Virus record (IMG/VR): IMGVR_UViG_3300040786_000066
Direction: 5' to 3' (one strand)
Length of the DNA: 64,000 nt
DNA from: a virus
Under the pieces are notes generated by a model. The model searched no databases, was not told the DNA's origin, and was given only the letters and a program-made list of their open reading frames with translations. Made by a program: the position numbers and the translations under genes. Shown here one piece after another: positions 32,152 through 42,650 of this stretch (the first letter of the stretch is position 1; each line of letters starts with the position of its first letter).

Positions 32152-32351
32152 GGCCGGATGGCGTAGAGGCATACGCTAAGGTTATAGGCCTAGAATGGAT
32201 TATCAAAAGCCTATCTGTAAGACAAGTCAGGTAAATAAGCGGCAAGATAGGATAGTCCAGCAAGTTCTGTGAAAATAATAACTATTATCCCTGTAAAGGT
32301 GCTGACTAACACAGAATATAATTCATGCAGGTTCGAATCCTGCTCCGGCCA
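32152..32351 (+). tRNA. tRNA-like gene with a ~130-nt structured variable-region domain (identity uncertain)
   Basis: GGCCGGA/TCCGGCC acceptor, class II-like D arm GCG-TAGAGGCATA-CGC, weak anticodon arm (loop TTATAGG), T-arm GCAGG-TTCGAAT-CCTGC and A73. Confidence 0.75.
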
Positions 32352-32383
32352 CAAACAGTATTTTAATTAAACAACTAACAACC

Positions 32384-33271
32384 ATGCTTGAGATAAAAAA
32401 TCAAAAGACCAAAACCACGGCATGTAGAGAAAACGGCAGAAGCGCAGACTTTACAAGCGGTAATTTCATCTTAGGCTGCTCCCACAAAAAAGGAGATACT
32501 TATGATAATCCCTGCTCTTATTGCTATGTAGCAAGATTCGGCAGACAAAAATTGTACGTCAATACTAACACAGATGAGTTGTTGGCAGAGTGCGACAAAG
32601 CCATACAAGACCTGCCTTCCCTAGAGTACCTAACCAAGTAGATGAGAAATACTACTACGTTGACATCTCTTGTGATACAGATATTAATCTGCATTGGAAC
32701 GACTATGATTGATTTATGTGTTTGATTATTTCAAGAAGCATCCCAAGCTAGCAGCTACTTTTGCTACAAAATGGGTGAATACAAAACTGCTGGACTATGT
32801 TCCTGAAAACAAAATCAGAGTAAGAATGAGCTTGATGCCTGAGAAAATGAGAGCTATACTTGAAAACGGTACCAGTCCTATAATAAAAGAGTTCAGTTCC
32901 TGGAGAAGCTTTTCCAAGCAGGATACTCTACGCACATCAATTTCAGTCCAATTATTTACCACGACAAAAAACTGAGCGGGTACAAAGAACTCTTCAACAT
33001 CATTAACAACGAAGTATCAGAGGAGTTTAAAAACAAGCCGGTCTCGAATGTATTTTCCTTACTCACAATGCTAATCTTCACAAAATAAATTTGGAAAAGG
33101 CCTTTAAAGCAAGAAGAAATACTTTGGACACTAGAGAACCAAGAACAGAAAATCAGTCAGTATGGAGGCTCAAACCTGCGGTACAATCAACGTGTAAAGC
33201 CAGCTTTAATTAGAGCTTTTACAAAGTCGGTAAACCAAGACCTCAACATACCTATTAGGTATATATTTTAA
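32384..33271 (+). CDS. spore photoproduct lyase-like radical SAM protein (indel-split)
   Basis: GC...CSYCY, FATKWVN, IRVRMSLMP and E.GTSPI motifs. Confidence 0.75.
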
Positions 33272-33453
33272 AGAAGATCCAAGCAGCAAGGATGTGCAAA
33301 TAAAACTGCAGATATGGCCCTCTACATGTGGGCTCGTATAAAAGGACGCAGGCTTTTGGCTAGCAGGAATAGACTGCTTTTTTAGTTTAAATAAATATTC
33401 AATTCAAAGTAAAGCTATATGGCTTGTAAGGTCATTTCAATAAGAAAATGTAA

Positions 33454-33461
33454 TATCTTTG
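33454..33461 (+). promoter_or_regulatory. Bacteroidota -7 element TATCTTTG
   Basis: Exact TAnnTTTG after a terminator and just upstream of a structured ~100-nt region; no well-spaced -33 element. Confidence 0.4.
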
Positions 33462-36040
33462 AAAAGAATTGTTAAAAATAAATACACGTGTTGCAAAAGT
33501 CGAATGCAAGGCAAACTTAGAAGGAGTAATTACCCTCGACAGCAGCAGGTGCCTTGTGGATCCCTGGACAAGCGCAACACGTTTATTTTATAAATTACCC
33601 TGAATTTATTTACTAACCTATACATCTAACCAAAATGAAAAAATTATGCGCGTCTTTTGCTGTACTTATCCTAGTTAGCTCTTTAACTTATTCTGTAGTT
33701 TACCTATTAAGCCAGAATCCAAATGCTTTAGAGTGGGAAGCAAATATCCAAAACATATCGATTGCTATTGTTGTCAACATTACCCTTTTGTATCCTTATG
33801 GATGTTTGAACAAAATGGTTTGCAATCACTGAAAGAATTAAAGCAAAGCCAATAAAAAAAGATTTTAATGTTTTATTGACAAGATTCGAGGAGAAGAATA
33901 CATGAACGGTAATATAATAAAAACGCAGCTACAAAATTAACAATGGAAAAAAGCTATAATTTCAAAATGCAAATGGGGTGGTGTTCAGTTCTTAGCTGGG
34001 CAGCTACTCTATCTCTAGCTTTAAAGCCCCAGAGAAAATAGATGATTGGATGGTAATTCCATTCGGGGCAATAGTATTTACGATTATCCACTTCAAGATG
34101 AGTATGCTTATCTCAGAATACAAAGATAAATCAAAAAACTAGTCATGGTAGTTACAGGACCACGAACACTAGCAGATTACTTAGCCGTGCAGAAAACGAT
34201 AACAGGTATTCTAGACAGTCGTTACTGCACTTGCCAGATGAAAAAGACTTGAACGTAAAGCTCAACAGAGTTAAAGAAAAATAAAAAACCTCGGCAATGG
34301 AGATATATAAAAAAGTGGAATATATCCACAAAGATAAAGCGCAAAAAATATATAAGGATATAGCAGAAAAGCAGTTTATTATGGCTTTTTCAAGGAAATG
34401 CCCTTAGATAAATTAAAAAAGCTGATAAGCTTCAAAGAAACAGATCCAGACAAAGAAGAAGAGTGGAAAAACAAAGATCAGGTAGAGATGCTGTGCCATC
34501 TCAGAGACACAAACAGTCTGCTGCTCTGTCATTTAGAAATAGGCCCTAAGCCTGTTGATGACACCTTCACTCTAAATTTCGCAGAGTGGTTGCGAAAAGA
34601 GTCTTACGATGTTGGAGACAAGTGGTATTACCAGCAAGACAATGAATTATACACCTCGGCTGGAATGCTTTCCATTTACAGGGCAGTATTATCTGTTGAT
34701 AAAACAAAAATTAGCCATGGATCTTAATAGATTCTCTGTAAATTTTATTTGTATGTTTACACAAATAATGTGGTTTTACGTAATGGGGCTTACTACTCCG
34801 TTTCAAATAAGAAGCTATGTGACTACCTGTGGAGCAAGAATTGAACTAATGCGTTAATAAATATGAGAACAGAAAACACACACAGAAAGTAATTTTGTTG
34901 GTAATTTGGGATTACTAACAGCCGTATTACTTGCATTAAGCTGGTTTCACTTTGCCTGGCAATACCTGGGCATAACAACCGGTATCCCAAAAAACATAAC
35001 TAACAATTTTAGCTCAAGTTGGGAAGCTTATAGTTATTTTTCTCCAGAGACTACGGTACAGGAGGATTAATTTATATCACGCTATTTGGTTACTATTGGT
35101 GGCTTACTAGTAAAGCTTTCTTGTACATACTGAAAAAGCAAAAAAGAGACAGTAAAAAAAGTAAATATTATGGACACAATTAGAATAAAATGTAACGTAG
35201 CAAAATTACTAGTTACGGAAACGGTGGAGGTACAAAAGTAACGTTAATGCCTGTTACAGGTAATAGCGAAGAAAACAAACAGTTTTGGAACAATGTACCT
35301 ACTGGAAAGATAGTTCTGCACGTAGATGCTGAACCGTGTGGTTTTGAAAAGGAGAGTACTATGTAGACTTTACTAAGCTATAATGTACACTTTAATTATT
35401 GAGAAGAAAGACATACTGGCCCCAGGTACCGTTATATTAAGCGGTAATTTCAAATTGGTCAAGAAAATAGAAGATTTAAACGAGTTTTGGGCAGTGTTAA
35501 AAACACAAAATCGTTTTATGCAAGGCATAGAATGTACCCCACCTCCTTCTTTTCTTGGACATTAAGAACAATAGACGCCTGGATAAAGGCCGGTTACTTC
35601 TGGACTGTTGCACCTTGCGGGAAACCAAAGCGCGAATTTCCAGTTAAATAAATAGCCCTTAACTTACCGAGATGATAAAAAAACTAAATTAACGAAGTTT
35701 TATGTATTCTGTGGAACTTGGTAAGTAAAGTAAGCTTGCTGCTGTTTTCGGTTGAAGCCTGAGAATCAGCGAGGACGATGGACAGGCAACCGTCAAAACT
35801 CGGAGTCCTCATTACGGTAGCGAAACGGCTCTGGGCACGAAATCCAGGGCCGTTTTATATTTAATACAATTGTAAAATAATTCAGGTCATGATGCAAAAC
35901 ATGTACATTGCTTATATGAGAGGTTTTGAAAACAAACCTAAGCCTAAATATATCAAAGGAAGCCTTGTCGAAAAAGAGTACGATAAAGGCAAAAAAGACA
36001 GAGTAAATAAATTACCTAACAGGTATTTAAAGTCTTAAAT

Positions 36041-36179
36041 GGAGGCATAGCTGTTAAGATTGCATTCTAACACAGTAAGTGGGTCGCCGATGAGCTGATA
36101 TTACTGCACAACATGCGCGCTAAAGATGTAAGTGATCAGTTATGTACGCGGCAAGGAGGTTCGATTCCTCCTGTCTCTA
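36041..36179 (+). ncRNA. expanded tRNA-like RNA (139 nt)
   Basis: GGAGGCA/TGTCTCT acceptor, GGAGG-TTCGATT-CCTCC T-arm, A73, and two long hairpins replacing the D and anticodon arms. Confidence 0.72.
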
Positions 36180-36322
36180 CAAACAATTAAATAAGAAACA
36201 ATGAGAGAAAATGAAAAGAAAAGCAAGGTCATGCTCTTAAATTATCAGAGCTTGTAGTAGGTGAATGGTATGGTTGTAGCAGTTGGGAATCAAACATAAA
36301 AGCAAAATACAGTATTCATTCA

Positions 36323-36736
36323 TTGTTTGATGCAGATAAATTCGACTATACGGAGAGAACAAATAAAGACGGCAGTATTAATACTAGACCTGATTGGTTA
36401 AGAATATACAGTTATTCAAGGTTTTCTAAAACAACCATCGAAACCGGGCCTGCAGATTCAACAGAAACTCCTTGGTATGTGTACGTTCCGAACAAAAGTA
36501 GTGAATATCCGCAACTTGAATTTTGGAGAAGAGGAACTGGATTAGATAAACGAGGAAGTTGGTCTATAGGTCAGTATATAAAACACGATAGAACTGTACA
36601 TAAATTTAGACCGGATAACTGTATTGCAAGATCCTACGAATCTTTTTTAGAAGACGTCTATTTACCTTATTTAAAAGGTTTATTAGAAGTGATGCACAGA
36701 CTTACTGCTACCCTTTCAGTTAAAAGAAGGAGATAA
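36323..36736 (+). CDS. hypothetical protein
   Basis: 137-aa ORF; the true start is probably upstream across an indel. Confidence 0.5.
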   Translation: MFDADKFDYTERTNKDGSINTRPDWLRIYSYSRFSKTTIETGPADSTETPWYVYVPNKSSEYPQLEFWRRGTGLDKRGSWSIGQYIKHDRTVHKFRPDNCIARSYESFLEDVYLPYLKGLLEVMHRLTATLSVKRRR

Positions 36737-38051
36737 GTTTAAATTGACCTCTTCTATATCTGCAAAAGTTGAAGAGTTAAGGAGAATAGTGAGTATTACT
36801 CATATCGGCCTAATTTATTACACTACAGACTCTTTACTCGCTAAATCCATGAATAACTTAGTTAGTTTAAAGTTATGTAATAATACATCACTTAGCGAAA
36901 AGCCATAGATTTTCTAAAAAATACTCCAATTGAAAACTACCATGTTTTTAACCCGTATTCACCTGGAGTGTTTTGGACCTGGTATAATACCAATGATTAC
37001 AACACCTGCAGAACCAAAAGAAATAATATACCCTAAAATGCCAAACAAAGGGTTAAGAAAAATGCAGGCAAAACCACTTTTAAACATAACAAAACAATTT
37101 AAAACAAAATCATGAGCACAATTTCAAATTTCGTAAACACAGTTATTGCAATCATCAAAGGAGATGATGCTGAAGTTATCGGTTTAAAATACAAAAAAGA
37201 GCTGTTGCGGTACTTACTGCTCAAATTGCTGTAAAAGTATGCAGAACTCTTTCTTTAGAAGGAATAGAAGATCTTGCTGAAGATAACCTAAACAAAGCCA
37301 GGGTGAATAATGGTACTCTAATTGTCAACGACGATCAGTATATACAAAATTACTTGACGCTAAATTCAAGTTCGATCAAGCGGCTTCTGATCTTTCAGAC
37401 CACAAACAAGATATCGAGTTCTTGAAAAAGAGCTTGAAAACGCTAAGAAATAATGTCCAAAATAAAAGTTGAAAAGTAATATACCGCCATGGAAAAGGCC
37501 ACGCTTTAAAATGGCGGGATATAAAACACCTTGAACTAAAGGATGACGATGTAATACATGCAGCTTGGGTTGATGATGATAATTTTGATTATCAAGGATA
37601 TTGGCTAGGCAACATAACTAGGATGGTTGAAGAGTCAGATGAACAGTACGAGAAAAGAATACAAAGGGCAAAGATTTCTGTAGCTGAGTTAAAGAAACGC
37701 AGGTATGAAAATTACCTTAAACTTAAAAAAGAATTTGAAAATGACAAAAAAAGGTCTAAATCAGATCCCCGAAAGAAAAAGCAGATGAGAGCAACATTCT
37801 TAGTTACACTGTTTCAGGTACATTATATGGAACAGTTTCATCAATTCCTGCAATGCAAGCAATTGAAGTATGGAGTCCTACAGTCCAAATAAGACAGTTA
37901 CTACGAGAAGAGAAAATAAACTCTCAAGACGCTAAAATGACTTTATTTCTACAGCAAGGTTGGATAAATCTTCAAGGGAATATAAAATGGGTAGACGTTC
38001 CGATAGTCTTTAACCCATAATTAAATCATTGAAATATTACATTTAAACGCG

Positions 38052-38078
38052 TATAAGTTAATTTTAACCTATATTTGC
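38052..38078 (+). promoter_or_regulatory. Bacteroidota -7 element (TATATTTGC) overlapped by an inverted repeat
   Basis: TAnnTTTG at 38070-38077; TATAAGTTAA-tt-TTAACCTATA palindrome. Confidence 0.5.
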
Positions 38079-38121
38079 GTATGTAGAAAACCTACAGAAA
38101 TATAACTCAAACATTTAGATA

Positions 38122-38371
38122 ATGGAAAGTACAAACAAAACCCATCCTTAGGAGAAACAAGAGTAAGAGTCGATTTTAATGTTGCAAACAGTTCTGATGT
38201 AACTAAAGTTAAAATTGAATCTGCAAAAGCATAGACTTCATGCAATCTTTAAGAGTAAATAAAGATGGAGTATCAGCAAGCTCTGAAAAGCAACGTCTAA
38301 TATCAATGGCTCAAACAGCTTATGAGGAAGCAGGAATGTGGGCTGTTAAAGCAATAACTGAAGGTATATAG
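38122..38371 (+). CDS. Acb2/Tad1-hairpin-like small protein (indel-split)
   Basis: Reconstructed SLGETRVRVDFN...QRLISMAQTAYEEAGMWAVKAIT. Confidence 0.55.
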
Positions 38372-38373
38372 TT

Positions 38374-39541
38374 ATGGCGCACACAGACAAAACATATAAA
38401 ACCCTCTGTACCAAAATAAACACAGAGGGCAGGTTATATGAAGACAAGAGCAGAAATGTATCTCGTATTCAAATTACGAGTCACACACTGAGACACAACT
38501 TCAGCAATGGTTTTCCGGCTTTATCAGCAAAACAACTCCCTTACAAGTTTGTAAAGGAGAACTGATATGGTTCCTTAGAGGAGACACACATATCAAGTAC
38601 TTGTTAGATAACGGAATTCTATATGGAACAAAGATGCCTACAACCTTTATGTCAAAGTAACTTCAGCAAATCTTGACTCTGATGCAAATCATATGTACAG
38701 AAAAACTTAGATGGAAGCTTCAGTATGTTCAGCATGGAAGAATTCATTCATATAGTAATGCTGCACCCAATTGAAGTTTTGCATGAAGCATTCTCTTACG
38801 AAAGGTATACCATGGGAGATGTAGGTAGAAACTACTCTGCGCAATGGAGAAGCTATAAAGGAGAAGCTATTGCCTATAACTCTGATAATAACAGTTTCAT
38901 TTATGAAAGACATGATCAAATTAAAGAACTGATTGCAGACATGCGCGAAAACATCATGAGTACCAGATTAAAAGTTGCCTCATGGAATCCAAGCGAAATA
39001 AACAAAACAGCGCTTCCTCCATGTCACGACAATTTCCAAGTCATAGGAGTTCCTTTGTTCGATAATGAAATGATCGCTCTAGCCGGAAAGAACGGAGCAA
39101 ATATTTCAAAGCAAATGAAACGCGAAGAGTTAATAAAATGGGTATTCCAGAGTACGGATTTGAAGTGCATTGGGGACAAAGAAGCACAGATACGTTTCTT
39201 GGTTTCCCATTCAACATAGCTTCTTACGCTACACTAGCTAAGATACTTGAAGAAATTACTTTGTTTGTAGCCTTAGGAGTCGAAGGTAATCTAAAATGCG
39301 TTCATTTCTATGACAACCAATTTGAAGCAGTAGAGACCCTATTAAAAGAGATACTGATGTGCACGAAGACTGCACACTGGAGGTTTCTCAAGAATTCAAA
39401 GACCTGTGTCAATTGTTTAGAGAAAATCAAATCACCCTAGACGTATTATTTAATCTAATGAGTATCGATATGTTTAAGCTTAGCGGATACACTTCCGATA
39501 AAGCTATAAGTGTAGAAATGCTTGCACCAATAAAAATATAA
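38374..39541 (+). CDS. thyA: thymidylate synthase (indel-split)
   Basis: GELIWFL.G, G..Y..QWR, ALPPCH, QRSTD.FLGFPFNIASY and HFYDNQ motifs. Confidence 0.93.
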
Positions 39542-39834
39542 AAAATGCCAAGTCCTAAAGACAAGCTGTTATCTGTCATAAGATAGCAGCTTTAAGCTAT
39601 TTATTAGCCGAAGCTCTAGATGAGCTAAATCCAGAAGTTGCAGACTCTAATCCATTCAAAAGCAATGTGATGCCATGGCTGATAAGTGCAATGAAATTGT
39701 CAGTGATGTCTTTGGAGTACAAGAAATAGCCTCCTCTACATATCTTCAAAACATGAGTACTCAAGTGGATACTGCGATAAGAAGAAATTATGTTAGAATT
39801 CCAGGCAGTGAGTAATAACCCTTAAAAAAGACCG

Positions 39835-40483
39835 ATGAATAAACAATCGTATAAAAAAGCAGCTTTAGAGCACGGAGACTTTCAAAGCCCTGTACAAGCA
39901 ATTCAACACCACGTAGAATTGGCTATGGCACATGCATTTCTATTTATGGACGGAACCGAGCCGGACAGAATAATGCATATTTTAAATATGGCCTTAGTTG
40001 AAATACTATCTCCAAAAGCTTTGGTGCCTGAAGTTATTGCAGTACCAGAAAAGCCTCTTGTTATTGATTTATTTTCAAATGTACCAGAGCCTTCTTCAAT
40101 ACCTGAAGAAAATGTAATAGCTGAAGAGCATATCTCAACTGTAAAACTGTCATAGTAGGAGATACAGAAAAATAGTGTTCCCAGACCGTGCAGTAGCTCT
40201 AGCTACATTAATTCAAGACTCCATGTTGTCCAGCAGAGCAAAAATAATTTTCTCAAGGACTTCTTTATTAACCCTAGGAGATGTTATGAAGTATAATAAC
40301 AACGAAATAAGCGTATTTGCTGGCATTGGGTTCAATACTTTAGCTGAAATAATAGGTCGATTAAAGACTTACTATGGCCTTCACTTAACTATTTTTGAAA
40401 AAGGGCCTACATTACAAGAACAAAAAATGCCAAGAAAGCAGCAAATCAAAAAAAGCCGTCTTCTGATGATTTTGGTAGAATAA
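39835..40483 (+). CDS. protein with C-terminal RNA polymerase alpha-CTD-like domain (probable indel near 40150)
   Basis: IQDSMLSSRAKIIFSRTSLLTLGDVMKYNNNEISVFAGIGFNTLAEII resembles the alpha-CTD (LSVR..N.L....I.T.GDL......EL....N.G.KSL.EI). Confidence 0.65.
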
Positions 40484-40833
40484 GCGTTTAGTCTAATCCC
40501 CAAATAAATCTAAAATGTATACCTGCGACAAATGTAAAGGGACTTCTACAGACTCAAAGTTCTGTGAAAACCCTGCCTGCCCGTTAATGCCCTGCTGCAT
40601 GCAAGTTGAAGAAATGTGTGCCTGTGATATTGAGAGCTCTTTTACTCTCCACTGGATTCCAAAATACTCAATAAAATATTCGAAGTGTCTTTAATAAACG
40701 ATACTATGAAGTTCTTTTGAAGATCAGGAAATAACTGTCTTACACTGCTATGCTTCCCTAAGTCAAAACTAAATTAAACATAAGCCTTTGCTGCTAACGT
40801 ATCAAGGGCTTTTCTATCTAAAACTAAGCAGAA

Positions 40834-41124
40834 ATGATAAAACATAATATAGAAGAAGAGGCAAAGCTTATGGCTTTACCTGAAGGAACCTCGGTTACAG
40901 TAGAAGGAATTACAGGCAAACTTACTATTAAACCTTATCCTGCCGGCTATGAAAATACTATAAAAGTAGTTCTTGAGTACATGGGAGAAATGGATGAAGA
41001 TCTCTTTGATGATTTTGATGAAGCAGTTGGAAATACATTTGATGAACTCATTGAATTTTACAGAAAGCACGGTGGAGGATTTGTTGAAGATAAAAGTCTG
41101 TTGCATTCAGAAAGCCTACGTTAA
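40834..41124 (+). CDS. hypothetical acidic protein
   Basis: Intact 96-aa ORF after a terminator. Confidence 0.6.
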   Translation: MIKHNIEEEAKLMALPEGTSVTVEGITGKLTIKPYPAGYENTIKVVLEYMGEMDEDLFDDFDEAVGNTFDELIEFYRKHGGGFVEDKSLLHSESLR

Positions 41125-41556
41125 TAGAGATTTACGAATTTAACGCTTTTACGAATCTTATGAGTTTGGTATTGAATACGAACAAGAAGAAGACTTTAAT
41201 GTCAATCCAAGAGACATAAGTAAAGGCCTTATTAAAAGGACAGTCTGTAGTATGCTACGAGTACCCTGCATCAGCTTATCAAATAAACGTAAAAAAATAA
41301 CTGTCATGATACTAAAAAAGGAAAATTCACTGTTGACAGACAAAAGCTCGTAATTTATTCAACAGATGTAATTACAACTTTAATTGCCTGTAATGCAATA
41401 AAAGACATAGTCTTAGGAGGAGAATTCATAATTACCGCTGAAGATATTTTAGAAAAAGAAAGCACATTCCCGCATCTCTTTTAAACGAAGAGTTGCCTGA
41501 AGGCTATACCAGCGCGCATCACTCTATTATTAACATAGTTTATAAACCAAACTAAC

Positions 41557-42650
41557 ATGAAATTTTCACCTCAACTATTACCAAATAACCCTGCAGGAAT
41601 AACACCTGATTGGGAAGCATTATTAACTCAATTTCTGACTACATGGCCTCTGATAAGGCTGATGGAGGTCGTGTAGAATGCGGAGAAGACGGATCAGCAT
41701 TAGGAAGAAGCTTAAAACCTATTCCAAGTGAGCATATTAAAGCAATGACAAAAGACCTTTCGCTGTTATTACAACACGAAGGATACGTTGAAGCTGAATT
41801 GTACAGCCCCAACATGAACTTTGCTGAGATCATGCATTTCTTTCGATCGGAAGACGTTACTTCATTAAAATCTCGTAAAAAACATGAGGCAGAATGGAAA
41901 AAACAGTCGGTGGAACTATCTCCTACACTAAAAAAGTAGGTAATGTAAATGTAGATCAGCACTGGGAATATCCGGGAAGAGATGTCGACTGGTTATGTAC
42001 TTGGCAACCTTGCCTAAAGCTGTACGTTTTGACCATATTAAAGGAATTGATGACAGCCGCACCAAAGAACAGCGCTATGAATCCCTTCAAGCTATATGGG
42101 ACAACAGCAGAATAATCGATGATTTAAATGACATAGCAGTCTTAGTTAAGCAAACTCAATATACAAGTATTGACGAAGTTTTCCAAGCTTATGATCAAGC
42201 TATCATCAGTGGATACGAAGGCCTTGTAATGATGCATAAAAACTCTTCTTATAAAATGGGAAGACATAGCCTAAATTCAGGTATGGCATACAAAATCAAA
42301 GAAGACAACCTTCAATTTGATGGTGTGATTCTGTCGCTAGAAGAGGGTACAGAAGTCATAGAAGGAGTAGATAAGAAAATCAACGAGTTAGGCAGAAGTG
42401 TAACTTCAAAATTAAAAGAACACCGTACTCCAAGTGGATTATGCAAAGGCTTCAAAGTTCTTATGGACGATGGTAACGAACTTACCGTTTCTTTAAAGGA
42501 TTACCCTCACCCAGAGCGTAGGGCTATGCTTTTAGACCCTTCTCCTTATATTGGACAGACAATACGTTTCACCGGAATGGGTGCCGTAAAAGAAGGCGGA
42601 TGTCCTCGTCATGCCCATTACACAAAGGGAATATCAGGGATGAAAAGTAG
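41557..42650 (+). CDS. lig: ATP-dependent DNA ligase (indel-split)
   Basis: KADGGR (motif I), EAELY, YEGLVM (motif IV), YKIK (motif V) and OB-fold IRFTGM...PRHA. Confidence 0.88.

Noticed and set aside
31714-32351. Group I intron-containing tRNAs
   Set aside because: The inserts are only ~110-130 nt, I found no P7/R-S core sequences, and the 32152 insert lies in the variable arm rather than the anticodon loop.
33508-33535. c-di-GMP-I riboswitch (GGCAAAC...GAAG)
   Set aside because: It lacks the GNRA/receptor pair and the GACGCAAAG segment.
36041-36179. Selenocysteine tRNA or bona fide Y RNA
   Set aside because: There is no TCA anticodon or 8-bp acceptor, and no Ro60/TROVE gene in the window; kept only as an analogy.
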